Source: a virus
Taxonomy: Duplodnaviria > Heunggongvirae > Uroviricota > Caudoviricetes
DNA length: 17,175 nucleotides
Virus record (IMG/VR): IMGVR_UViG_2872180393_000002
Strand: one strand, 5' to 3'
The stretch's first letter is position 1. Every line of letters starts with the position of its first letter. The position numbers were made by a program, and so were the translations under genes. Positions 1 to 7,901 of this stretch are shown here, in pieces. Under the pieces are notes generated by a model. It ran no database searches, was not told the origin of the DNA, and saw nothing but the letters and a program-made list of their open reading frames with translations.

Positions 1-300
1 TTACCGCCGTAAGTGCTCCGGCTTCCTCCACTGGTAAGTATTTTTCGCGCTCTCCCTCCGTTGTTGAGAACGGCGACGATATGCCAGCAACTCAAGGACT
101 CTTGTTCGTATGTTGCGCATATCCACGCCGTTAAGCTCAATACCGTCACGGCGCATCACCTCAGCCACCACACGCGCGTAATTTTCAGCGGTGACGCTGT
201 CCGGCTGCGTGGCCACCTGTTTGCCTGTTGCCTGACAGATTCCGGTAATACGGCGGATTACTTTCAGTAGTTCGGCGTCGGTCATGGTTATGGTTTCCAT
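1..300 (-). CDS. hypothetical 99-aa protein with basic C-terminus, last gene of the element visible in the window
   Basis: Complete ORF with ATG at 298-300 and TAA at 1-3. It lies downstream of the capsid module terminator. No family recognised by eye. Confidence 0.45.
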   Translation of the reverse strand: METITMTDAELLKVIRRITGICQATGKQVATQPDSVTAENYARVVAEVMRRDGIELNGVDMRNIRTRVLELLAYRRRSQQRRESAKNTYQWRKPEHLRR

Positions 301-463
301 AGTGATGGGGGAACAATTTCTGTAATCTGCGAAGCTGGCGATCGGTCAGACTCAAATGCCTGGCAACTTCAGTCTGAGTAGCCACTGTTCACCTCGCCCA
401 AAAATCTCTCCTCATGCGTTTTAAACATGCATCTTGCGAACAACTTTATGAAACGCGGCATAT

Positions 464-560
464 ATGTCCGGTTTGAGTGTTCAATTTTTGCGCATGTCCG
501 GTTCGCAGAAAGCGCATTTCTATATTTTTCAAATGGTTAACCTTCAGAGAAACCGGACAT
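464..560. promoter_or_regulatory. triple 10-bp repeat ATGTCCGGTT (464-473 and 494-503 direct, 551-560 inverted): candidate protein-binding sites
   Basis: Three exact copies within about 100 bp, in non-coding DNA upstream of the 99-aa gene and downstream of the capsid module. Confidence 0.35.
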
Positions 561-641
561 GGTTTCCGAAAAATTTTCATAAATAGTGAAATTCTGCGCC
601 GCTCCCGCCCCGTGGCAGGCCACCCCACCGGAAGGACCCGC

Positions 642-670
642 AAAAAAAAGCCGGATTTCTCCGGCCTTTT
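642..670 (-). terminator. rho-independent terminator ending the capsid operon
   Basis: Hairpin GCCGGA-tttc-TCCGGC at 650-665, preceded on the plus strand by A8 (642-649), which is a U8 tail on the minus strand. It sits directly after the stop of the 137-aa gene. Confidence 0.6.
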
Positions 671-671
671 C

Positions 672-1085
672 TCAGATGGTTTTCAGTATGCGATCGATTT
701 CGCCGTCATCACCCTGATATCTGCCATCGTATGCCATGCCAGGGCTTACGGCCTGCGGGCTGTGCATGTCCATAAAGTTTTCAAAGGCTGCGGTAAGCTC
801 CGGCGCAACCTTCGGGCGTTCCTGCTCTATGGTCATGTTCAGGATTTCCCGGGCATTATCGACGCTAATACATGGCACGTTTGCCATTGCACGTAACAGC
901 GGCTGATAGTCGTCAGATTCATGAAGCGCCATAATCGCATCAGTGCGCGGCTTGTCCTGCTCTTCCAGTTTGTTAAGTTGATATATAGCCTCGTAGGTTG
1001 ATAAACCTCTGTCCGCCATTGCCCGCGCTTCGGCTTTAAATTTACTCGCCAGCGGTAGCGCCATGATAGCTTCATTGATTGCCAT
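672..1085 (-). CDS. hypothetical acidic 137-aa capsid-module protein (possible scaffold or size-determination role; function unknown)
   Basis: Start MAINEAIMA at 1083-1085 with an AGGGGA Shine-Dalgarno 5 nt upstream. The longer 158-aa ORF in the track would overlap the upstream gene. Co-operonic with the E-like and D-like genes. Confidence 0.55.
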   Translation of the reverse strand: MAINEAIMALPLASKFKAEARAMADRGLSTYEAIYQLNKLEEQDKPRTDAIMALHESDDYQPLLRAMANVPCISVDNAREILNMTIEQERPKVAPELTAAFENFMDMHSPQAVSPGMAYDGRYQGDDGEIDRILKTI

Positions 1086-1096
1086 CGTTCCCCTGC

Positions 1097-1387
1097 TTAT
1101 CGCACCAGTGGCTGAACGGATACGCCAGAACCCGCAAAAGCGGCGCATTTTTTCGCGTCGGTGTCGACGCTCTCGGGCCAGTTAACGGCGGCGATATTAA
1201 ATATCCCCGTCTTGTAACACTGTGCTGATTTCTGCTTTGACGTGTCCACGGGGTACGCCGTCAGATAAACAGCCTTGCCAGATTCCTGACCATCCCACGC
1301 CTTAAACTCGCCATTGTCCGCCAGCATCAGCGGAAAAATGTACCAGCGTCGTGGCAACCTGCTGTGTGCCTGCATATAACTCAACAT
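1097..1387 (-). CDS. head decoration protein, lambda gpD-like; apparently frameshifted at an A5 run (ancestral start probably 1400)
   Basis: Motifs PLML..AWDG..KTG..WPE..AFAG match lambda gpD. The ATG at 1398-1400 has a GGGAG RBS but is in another frame, which joins the D frame if one A is removed from the run at 1334-1338. Confidence 0.7.
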   Translation of the reverse strand: MLSYMQAHSRLPRRWYIFPLMLADNGEFKAWDGQESGKAVYLTAYPVDTSKQKSAQCYKTGIFNIAAVNWPESVDTDAKKCAAFAGSGVSVQPLVR

Positions 1388-1411
1388 ATGGAGTGCCCAT
1401 AGAATCTCCCG

Positions 1412-2467
1412 TTAACCAATTTTCACAGTAACAAATTTGCGGATATCTGCCGGAACCGGCTGCGGTGCGCTGTGCGTCTGCACGTACTCAATCGCCGGAT
1501 CGCCGCTCTCAATCCAGTTTTTCGGGTAGTACATGTTTTGCGTTGCGCCCGTTCTTACCGCTTCCGGATCCATAATCGCGCCATAGGCCACCAGACCTTT
1601 ATTGCTGGTGTTGCCCAGGACAAGCAAATCAGGCTCAAGGAAATATTTTTCGGTGCCGTCGCTGTCGGTGTATTTGCCGGAATAGACGATAAGGGCCAGA
1701 TCACCCAGATAGCCTTTAAAGCTCACCACTTCGCCCAGGTTTTTACACGCCAGCTCTGCGGCGGATTCTGAACCACGGGAAAGATCGTACAGCTCGCGGA
1801 ATTTTTTAAAGCTACGTAAGGTGCGCCATACGTCAGCGCCCATAATCATGACGTTGGCGGGGCAGCTGGCCTGTTCGGCGTATAGCTCGATGTCATCTGT
1901 CGGATCATGCGTCTCTTTATTCTGCTCAGACCATTTTTTTCCTGGCCCCTGATGGACAATGCAGTTTGCCGGCATATTCCAGTCGATTTCATAGCGTTCT
2001 ATGCCTTCGCCTTCAATGATGTTTTTTCCGGTCGTGACCGCATTCACTGCCAGCCATTCCACACGCGCTTTAATGGCGTTTATCTGGCGGCGCATGTTGC
2101 CAGTAATGAGGCGCATACGTCGCCAGGTGGGGTCGTTAAGCAGTGCCGGATCTTCTCCAGCCATGCGCATGATGGTTTTTGATGGATCGATTTCGTGTTT
2201 GGGTTTCATGTAGCCAGGGCGGGTAGTGCTTGTTTCGTACCCTTTATCACGCTGAACCTGGCTACCCACCACAGGCGAACAAAACGCCGACATGGTGACT
2301 TCTTCAATGTCCAGGGTATCCAGCATGACATCTTGTGTGTTGAAGGTTGCTACTTTCGGGAAAAACAGCGTGGTAAACAGCGGACTGAATTTAAATTCCG
2401 GGATATCCCCGCGATTCAGGTACGCGAAAAGCTGGTTAGTGTTAAGTGCCGTTGCTTTGTCTGCCAT
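1412..2467 (-). CDS. major capsid protein, lambda gpE family (HK97 fold), 351 aa
   Basis: Alignable by eye with lambda gpE along its length (KFKFSPLF, PGYMKPKHE, DPTDDIE, VSFKGYLGDLALIVYSG, VLGNT, YPKNW..TGDPA). Confidence 0.9.
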   Translation of the reverse strand: MADKATALNTNQLFAYLNRGDIPEFKFSPLFTTLFFPKVATFNTQDVMLDTLDIEEVTMSAFCSPVVGSQVQRDKGYETSTTRPGYMKPKHEIDPSKTIMRMAGEDPALLNDPTWRRMRLITGNMRRQINAIKARVEWLAVNAVTTGKNIIEGEGIERYEIDWNMPANCIVHQGPGKKWSEQNKETHDPTDDIELYAEQASCPANVMIMGADVWRTLRSFKKFRELYDLSRGSESAAELACKNLGEVVSFKGYLGDLALIVYSGKYTDSDGTEKYFLEPDLLVLGNTSNKGLVAYGAIMDPEAVRTGATQNMYYPKNWIESGDPAIEYVQTHSAPQPVPADIRKFVTVKIG

Positions 2468-2672
2468 TATTCACCCCATGAGTCTGATTCATGCCAAGCG
2501 CCGCACGTAAATAGGCGCGTACCTGCCAGCCTGTTGACGGCTCAACCATCGCCAGCGGATCAAGTCCTGCCGCAATGCCCGCTTTTACGTTCTGCTGGTG
2601 GCGTTCCTTGAGCGCCTCCACGATATCGGGGCTTATGTAAACTGTCACCCCGCCTTTTTTCTCTTCTGTCAT
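2442..2672 (-). CDS. hypothetical 76-aa protein, first gene of the capsid operon
   Basis: ATG at 2670-2672 with an AGAGGA RBS. It overlaps the E-like start by 26 nt. No family recognised. Confidence 0.4.
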   Translation of the reverse strand: MTEEKKGGVTVYISPDIVEALKERHQQNVKAGIAAGLDPLAMVEPSTGWQVRAYLRAALGMNQTHGVNNGRQSNGT

Positions 2673-2699
2673 AGTCAGAAATTCCTCTTCGACTTAAAA

Positions 2700-2757
2700 A
2701 ATTATAACTGGATGTACATCCAGTTATAATTATAATCATAGTTGCATTTTGTGCAAT
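2700..2757 (-). promoter_or_regulatory. sigma70-like promoter (TTGCAC-16-TATAAT, minus strand) overlapped by a perfect 32-bp palindromic operator AATTATAACTGGATGTACATCCAGTTATAATT (2700-2731)
   Basis: Perfect dyad centred at 2715/2716. The -10 lies at 2729-2734 and the -35 at 2751-2756 on the minus strand, so the palindrome covers the -10 and the predicted transcription start of the capsid operon. Confidence 0.5.
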
Positions 2758-2944
2758 AGAATTGAGTTGCATTGCAAATTATGAAATGATTTACGGCAAC
2801 AGTAGTCACCATGCTGTTAACCTCGTAAGCAAAAGCCCGATAAGCTTCCTCCTGTACTTATCGTAAGCGCCCCATCAGCGACGTCTTGTGAAAATTGTCC
2901 TGTCTGGCAACAATCGCGCCCATCTATATTGATGGACACGAACG

Positions 2945-3619
2945 ATGAATTCCCAGACAACAAAAGATATTCCCTGCTTCCGTTCTTATTTGCCTGATGC
3001 CCTGCGTTTAAGATTTGAAGATAAACTGACCATCCGGGCCATCGCTCAGCGTCTGGGTCTCAGTCATTCCACAATACATACGCTTTTTCAGCGATTTCTT
3101 GCATCCGGTATCGCATGGCCATTGCCCGATTCAGTTTCATTCGCTCAACTTGACGCCATCCTTTATGCCAACAGAAAGAAGGAATTAACAGAGCCTCAAA
3201 TCAGAGAAGGCTCATGGCGAAAAGAACGGCGAACCAGCTATAGCCGTGAATTTAAGGTCCGTCTGGCTAAGCAGGCGTTACAGCCTGGGGCTGTTGTTGC
3301 CCGGATCGCCAGAGAACACGATATCAATGATAACCTGCTGTTTAAATGGAAAAGCCAGTACGAGGACGGCTTACTGAGCGATGATGACATACAGGAATGC
3401 ATGCCTGTCCCGGTGGCACTGACTGATACGCCGGAGCCGACCAGACCAGTTACAAATCCCTTCTGGCGTAACAAGCATGATGAGCGCCCTGAGGGGGCTC
3501 CCGGAAACGTCCCACGGTGCGAGCTGCATCTTAAATCAGGTGTGGTAAAACTGTTTGACCCTCTCACTCCGGAACTGTTACGGGCGCTAATCCGCGAAAT
3601 GAAAGGGGGTATCCGATGA
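2945..3619 (+). CDS. IS66-family TnpA (helix-turn-helix accessory protein), 224 aa
   Basis: First ORF of the IS66 unit, with an IS66 orf1-like HTH region (SYSREFKVRLAKQAL..ARIAREHDINDNLLFKWKSQY). ATGA overlap with tnpB. Confidence 0.8.
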   Translation: MNSQTTKDIPCFRSYLPDALRLRFEDKLTIRAIAQRLGLSHSTIHTLFQRFLASGIAWPLPDSVSFAQLDAILYANRKKELTEPQIREGSWRKERRTSYSREFKVRLAKQALQPGAVVARIAREHDINDNLLFKWKSQYEDGLLSDDDIQECMPVPVALTDTPEPTRPVTNPFWRNKHDERPEGAPGNVPRCELHLKSGVVKLFDPLTPELLRALIREMKGGIR

Positions 3620-3963
3620 TAACGCTGCCGACCGGTACCAAAATCTGGATCATCGCTGGCATCACAGATATGCGTTGTGGCTTCAATGGCCTGGCTTCGA
3701 AGGTGCAGAACACGCTGAAAGATGACCCGTTCTCCGGGCATATCTTCGTCTTCCGGGGCCGCAGTGGCAAAATGGTGAAAATACTGTGGGCCGATCGTGA
3801 CGGGTTATGCCTGTTCGCCAAACGCCTGGAACGGGGCCGCTTCGTCTGGCCGGTGACCCGGGAAGGGAAAGTGCACCTGACGCCAGCTCAGTTATCCATG
3901 CTACTGGAGGGGATCGCGTGGCAACATCCAAAACGGACAGAACGGCCTGGCATCCGGATATAA
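3616..3963 (+). CDS. IS66-family TnpB (orf2), 115 aa
   Basis: Characteristic IS66 orf2 sequence (MRCGFNGLA..FVFRGRSGKMVKILWADRDGLCLFAKRLE). Confidence 0.9.
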   Translation: MITLPTGTKIWIIAGITDMRCGFNGLASKVQNTLKDDPFSGHIFVFRGRSGKMVKILWADRDGLCLFAKRLERGRFVWPVTREGKVHLTPAQLSMLLEGIAWQHPKRTERPGIRI

Positions 3964-3982
3964 CCCGTGATAAAACAAGGGA

Positions 3983-5584
3983 ATGAACAATGAACTCCCC
4001 GATGATATTGAGCTGCTTAAAGCCATGTTGCGTAAGCAACAGAGTCGGCTTCGACAGTATGCCTGTCAGGTCGCGGGCTATGAGCAGGAAATTGAACGGC
4101 TGAAAGCGCAACTCGACAGGTTGCGTCGTATGTTGTTCGGCCAGAGTTCAGAGAAAAAGCGTCATAAGCTTGAAAATCAGATCCGACAGGCAGAAAAACG
4201 ACTGTCGGAACTGGAAAACCGGCTGAACACAGCCAGAAATCTTCTGGAAGATGCATCGTCAGTCACAGATTCACCTGACACCAGTCCCCCGTCAGAAAAC
4301 CCGATCGCCAGTAAGCCTGAATCCCCGGGACGAAAATCTTCACGAAAACCGCTGCCGGCAGAACTTCCCCGGGAGACACATCGCCTTCTGCCTGCTGAAA
4401 CCAGTTGCCCGGCCTGTGGAGGTGTTCTGAAAGAAATGGGGGAAACAATCTCAGAGCAACTGGATATCATTAATACCGCCTTTAAAGTTATCGAAACCAT
4501 ACGTCCCAAACTGGCCTGTAGCCGGTGTGATGTCATCGTTCAGGCACCACTTCCCCCTAAACCGATCGAACGCGGTTATGCCAGTGCAGAGTTACTTGCA
4601 CGGATCCTGGTCAGCAAATATATGGAACATATCCCTTTATATCGCCAGTCAGAAATATACGCGCGACAGGGCGTGGAGCTGAGCCGTAATACCATGGTGC
4701 GCTGGGTATCAGAAATGGCAGACAAACTCCGTCCTCTGTATATAGCGCTGAATGACTATGTTCTGGAGGCAGGAAAGGTGCACGCAGATGACACTCCGGT
4801 GAAAGTACTGGCCCCGGGGAACGGAAAGACGAAAACGGGTCGTCTGTGGGTATACGTCAGGGATGATCGTAATGCGGGTTCATCCCTGCCGGCAGCCGTC
4901 TGGTTCGCGTATTCGGCAGATCGCAAAGGAGAACATCCGCAGCGCCACCTGGCAAAGTATCAGGGCGTACTGCAGGCTGATGCCTATGCAGGTTATAACG
5001 TACTGTACGAAACGGGCCGGGTGAAGGAAGCCGGGTGCCAGGCCCACGCCCGCCGAAAAATCCATGACGAGGATGTGCGCCGTCCGACAGAAATGACTCA
5101 GGAAGCGCTCAGACGGATAGCAGAGTTATACGACATAGAAGCGGAGATACGTGGCAGTCCGGCAGAGGAACGGCTTGCAGTCAGAAAAGCCAGAAGCGTC
5201 CAGTTGATGCAGTCGTTGTACGACTGGATACAGTTGCAGAGGAAAACGCTGTCGAAACATGCGGAGATGGCGAAGGCGTTCGACTATATCCTGAATCACT
5301 GGAATGCGCTGAACGAGTTCTGTCGTGACGGCTGGGTGGAAATAGACAACAACATCGGTGAAAACGCGTTACGATCGGTGGCGGTTGGAAGAAAAAATTA
5401 TCTCTTTTTCGGCTCAGACAAGGGAGGAGAAAGTGCGGCGATCATCTACAGTCTGCAGGTCACCTGCAAACAGAACGAAGTGGAGCCGGAGGACTGGTTG
5501 CGCGAAGTGATCGAGAAGCTCAATGACTGGCCGTCGAACCAAGTGCATGAACTGCTGCCCTGGAACTTCTCGTCTGTAAAATAA
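3983..5584 (+). CDS. IS66-family transposase TnpC (DDE), 533 aa
   Basis: N-terminal leucine zipper, CxxC..CxxC zinc finger, and a DDE core typical of IS66 TnpC. Confidence 0.9.
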   Translation: MNNELPDDIELLKAMLRKQQSRLRQYACQVAGYEQEIERLKAQLDRLRRMLFGQSSEKKRHKLENQIRQAEKRLSELENRLNTARNLLEDASSVTDSPDTSPPSENPIASKPESPGRKSSRKPLPAELPRETHRLLPAETSCPACGGVLKEMGETISEQLDIINTAFKVIETIRPKLACSRCDVIVQAPLPPKPIERGYASAELLARILVSKYMEHIPLYRQSEIYARQGVELSRNTMVRWVSEMADKLRPLYIALNDYVLEAGKVHADDTPVKVLAPGNGKTKTGRLWVYVRDDRNAGSSLPAAVWFAYSADRKGEHPQRHLAKYQGVLQADAYAGYNVLYETGRVKEAGCQAHARRKIHDEDVRRPTEMTQEALRRIAELYDIEAEIRGSPAEERLAVRKARSVQLMQSLYDWIQLQRKTLSKHAEMAKAFDYILNHWNALNEFCRDGWVEIDNNIGENALRSVAVGRKNYLFFGSDKGGESAAIIYSLQVTCKQNEVEPEDWLREVIEKLNDWPSNQVHELLPWNFSSVK

Positions 5585-5641
5585 TCCTTACGCTACGTAC
5601 TTCTCGGGGCGCTTACTACTTATCGGGCTTTTTTTGGGTAC

Positions 5642-5663
5642 AAAAAGCCGGATTTTCTCCGGC
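5642..5663 (-). terminator. rho-independent terminator after ssb; adjacent to a second, 14-bp-stem bidirectional terminator (2831-2844 pairing with 5619-5632) that is split by the IS66 insertion
   Basis: Hairpin GCCGGA-ttttc-TCCGGC at 5647-5663 with A5 at 5642-5646, which is a U-run on the minus strand. With the IS removed, AAAAGCCCGATAAG and CTTATCGGGCTTTT form a perfect 14-bp stem around a 12-nt loop. Confidence 0.5.
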
Positions 5664-5671
5664 CTGTGCGT

Positions 5672-6054
5672 TCAGAACGGAATATCATCACCGTAGGGGT
5701 CATCGTCTCCCGCTGGTGGCTGATTACCCTGTGTGCCTGTGGTTTTGCGTCTGTTCCCGCCAGGGCGTGCCGCTCGGGCACTGATTACGCTGTCGGCAAT
5801 AACCTGATAACCCTGCCGCGTTTCCCCGTTCTGTCCGGTCCACTGGCTGACCTGCATCGTGCCGGATACGCTGGCAACGTCGCCTTTTTGATGTTTAGCC
5901 AGGAAGTCGGCCTGCTTACCAAATGCCATCACCGATAGCCATAACGTCGCCTGTCCGTCCTGTGCCTGGCTGCATGGCAGCGATACCGCCATACGCGCCA
6001 GCGTCATCGGTGTGCCCTTGCTGGTCTGTTTTACCTGCGGGTCGTCCACCAACC
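5672..6054 (-). pseudogene. ssb: single-stranded DNA-binding protein, C-terminal 128 codons; gene interrupted by IS600-like copy A
   Basis: OB-fold core resembling E. coli SSB (W..V..FGK.A...KG...W) and the canonical acidic tail DDDPYGDDIPF. The N-terminus of the 143-aa ORF in the track is read through from the IS end. Confidence 0.8.
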
Positions 6055-6118
6055 TGAGGTAGCCTGAGTTTAACGGACACTCCTTCCTGAAATAGAATGG
6101 CATCAGAAGGAGCTAATA

Positions 6119-6421
6119 ATGAGCAGAAAAACCCAACGTTACTCTAAAGAGTTCAAAGCCGAAGCTGTCAGAACGGTTCTTGAAAATCAACTTTCGATCA
6201 GTGAAGGCGCTTCCCGATTATCCCTTCCTGAAGGCACTTTAGGACAATGGGTTACCGCCGCCAGAAAAGGGCTCGGTACTCCTGGTTCCCGCACGGTGGC
6301 TGAACTGGAATCTGAAATTCTGCAACTGCGTAAGGCGTTAAATGAAGCTCGCCTTGAGCGAGATATATTAAAAAAAGCAACAGCGTATTTTGCACAGGAG
6401 TCGCTGAAAAATACGCGTTAA
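6119..6421 (+). CDS. IS3-family OrfA (HTH), IS600-like
   Basis: 100-aa ORF with an IS3-type HTH and leucine zipper, identical in all three copies. Confidence 0.9.
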   Translation: MSRKTQRYSKEFKAEAVRTVLENQLSISEGASRLSLPEGTLGQWVTAARKGLGTPGSRTVAELESEILQLRKALNEARLERDILKKATAYFAQESLKNTR

Positions 6422-6456
6422 TCGAACAATGGCGACAACAATTTCCCATTGAAGCG

Positions 6457-7275
6457 ATGTGTCAGGTATTTGGTGTATCCAGGAGCGGTTATTACAACTG
6501 GGTACAGCATGAACCCTCAGACAGAAAACAAAGTGATGAGCGGCTAAAACTGGAGATTAAGGTGGCACATATCCGCACTCGCGAAACATATGGAACCCGG
6601 CGGCTCCAGACGGAGCTGGCAGAGAATGGCATCATCGTTGGTCGTGACCGACTGGCACGTCTTCGTAAGGAGCTAAGGCTACGCTGTAAGCAGAAACGCA
6701 AGTTCAGAGCGACTACGAACCCGAACCACAATCTGCCAGTTGCGCCAAATCTGCTGAACCAGACGTTCGCTCCTACAGCACCAAATCAGGTCTGGGTGGC
6801 GGACCTGACGTATGTTGCCACACAGGAGGGATGGTTGTACCTAGCTGGCATCAAAGATGTTTATACGTGCGAAATTGTCGGCTACGCCATGGGAGAGCGC
6901 ATGACAAAAGAGCTGACAGGTAAAGCCCTGTTTATGGCGCTCAGGAGCCAGCGCCCACCTGCCGGGCTAATCCACCACTCTGATCGAGGTTCACAGTACT
7001 GCGCATACGATTACCGGGTCATACAGGAGCAGTTTGGTCTGAAAACATCAATGTCGCGTAAAGGTAACTGTTACGACAACGCTCCGATGGAAAGCTTCTG
7101 GGGAACGCTGAAAAATGAGAGCCTGAGCCACTATCGTTTTAATAACCGGGATGAAGACATCTCAGTAATACGGGAATACATTGAGATTTTCTACAATCGT
7201 CAGCGTCGTCACTCTCGTCTGGGGAATATCTCCCCGGCAGCCTTCAGGGAAAAATATCATCATATGGCTGCTTAA
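6457..7275 (+). CDS. IS3-family OrfB (DDE integrase-type transposase catalytic domain); expressed as an OrfAB fusion by -1 frameshifting
   Basis: DDE / rve-type motifs (WVADLTY..., HHSDRGSQY..., NAPMESFWGTLKNE). The frame is open upstream of the first ATG back to the slippery site. Confidence 0.9.
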   Translation: MCQVFGVSRSGYYNWVQHEPSDRKQSDERLKLEIKVAHIRTRETYGTRRLQTELAENGIIVGRDRLARLRKELRLRCKQKRKFRATTNPNHNLPVAPNLLNQTFAPTAPNQVWVADLTYVATQEGWLYLAGIKDVYTCEIVGYAMGERMTKELTGKALFMALRSQRPPAGLIHHSDRGSQYCAYDYRVIQEQFGLKTSMSRKGNCYDNAPMESFWGTLKNESLSHYRFNNRDEDISVIREYIEIFYNRQRRHSRLGNISPAAFREKYHHMAA

Positions 7276-7318
7276 AAAAAGAACAAATGGTAGTGTCCGC
7301 TATTGCCAGTACACCTCA

Positions 7319-7349
7319 ACCGTCCGTAAGCTGCTATCTGTGCTGTCAT
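7319..7349 (-). pseudogene. ssb: ssb N-terminal fragment (first 10 codons, MTAQIAAYGR), separated from the rest by IS600-like copy A
   Basis: ATG at 7347-7349 with a GAGGTGG RBS. Removing the IS and one copy of the ACC duplication restores one continuous SSB frame. Confidence 0.7.
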
Positions 7350-7544
7350 GATTCCACCTCTCCGGTTTTAACGTTGATGGTTGTTACCTGTTCCGCTTCG
7401 GCAATCTCCCGTTCTGTCAGCGTGGCAAAGTTTGCCGCTGCTGTGGTCATGAATGCGCTTATCAGGTCGGGATGTTCCTTCGCGTATCCTTCCCCGCGTG
7501 GCGGTCTATCGTTCTGATTGCCACCTTTAAAGCGTGCTCTGTCA
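7346..7544 (-). other. two candidate micro-ORFs (7461-7544, 27 codons; 7346-7450, 34 codons) upstream of ssb, the second overlapping the ssb start in an ATGA arrangement
   Basis: Open frames only. Ribosome-binding sites are weak and no family is recognisable. Confidence 0.2.
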
Positions 7545-7671
7545 TGTCTAACGCGCGATATTTCGGTTCTGTTCTGTCTCTGCGTTTTTTGAGTGATTTA
7601 TTAAATTTTCCTGAAGTGTGCATGTTTATTTTTACCCCCTCGTTTAAAAAGTTTTGAGTTGTGCCTCCCCT

Positions 7672-7887
7672 TGTCTACCTTATCTACCTTGCTGGCCCTC
7701 ATGCCAGTAATGGCGCGGCTTTCAGCGGGGTAGAGTGCTTTTATCCACTATCTACCCCGTGTCTACCTCCCTGTCTGATTCAGGTAAAATCAGGTAGAGA
7801 GGGTAGATAGTGGGTAGACAGTAAAAAAAGCTGTCTACCTAACTTAATGTACTGAATTAAATGTATTTTCCTTTGCTCAGGTAGACA
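7672..7887. repeat. iteron array, putative replication origin: 8-bp motif TGTCTACC / TATCTACC in both orientations, with a flanking AT-rich region
   Basis: Direct copies at 7672, 7681, 7749, 7760 and 7832. Inverted copies (GGTAGACA / GGTAGATA / GGTAGAG) at 7728, 7793, 7802, 7813 and 7880. The array lies immediately 3' of the primase-helicase gene. Confidence 0.6.
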
Positions 7888-7901
7888 GCAATTACAAAAA
7901 A

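Larger units (their letters stand above)
2863..5616 (+). mobile_element. IS66-family insertion sequence, 2754 bp, with 8-bp target duplication TACTTATC (2855-2862 and 5617-5624)
   Basis: Ends begin GTAAGCGCCCC on both sides in inverted orientation. Three-ORF tnpA-tnpB-tnpC layout. The flanking 8-bp direct repeat is exact. Confidence 0.85.
6055..7318 (+). mobile_element. IS3-family insertion sequence, IS600-like, copy A, 1264 bp, 3-bp target duplication ACC
   Basis: Ends TGAGGTAG...ACACCTCA. The orfA/orfB pair overlaps at an A7G slippery run (6370-6377). ACC is repeated at 6052-6054 and 7319-7321. Confidence 0.9.

Noticed and set aside
386-393. Single TGTTCACC, identical to the P4 alpha-protein iteron
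   Set aside because: Only one copy, with no array, and far from the primase gene. A single 8-mer match is expected by chance.
477-1075. ORFs 477-896 (+) and 839-1075 (-)
   Set aside because: They overlap or lie antisense to the well-supported 137-aa gene and the terminator region, and have no ribosome-binding site or recognisable motif. Likely chance open frames.
2700-2731. Palindrome as a LexA (SOS) box
   Set aside because: The half-sites are CTGG...CCAG, not the CTGT-N8-ACAG core, so I did not call it a LexA site.
3238-4536. Minus-strand ORFs inside the IS66-family element (3238-3741, 3564-3821, 3683-4111, 4017-4256, 4177-4536)
   Set aside because: Antisense to the strongly supported tnpA/B/C genes. 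Typical shadow ORFs.
5672-6103. 143-aa ORF as an intact SSB
   Set aside because: Its first 15 or so codons (MPFYFRKECPLNSGY) are read through from the IS600-like left end. The real N-terminus is at 7319-7349.
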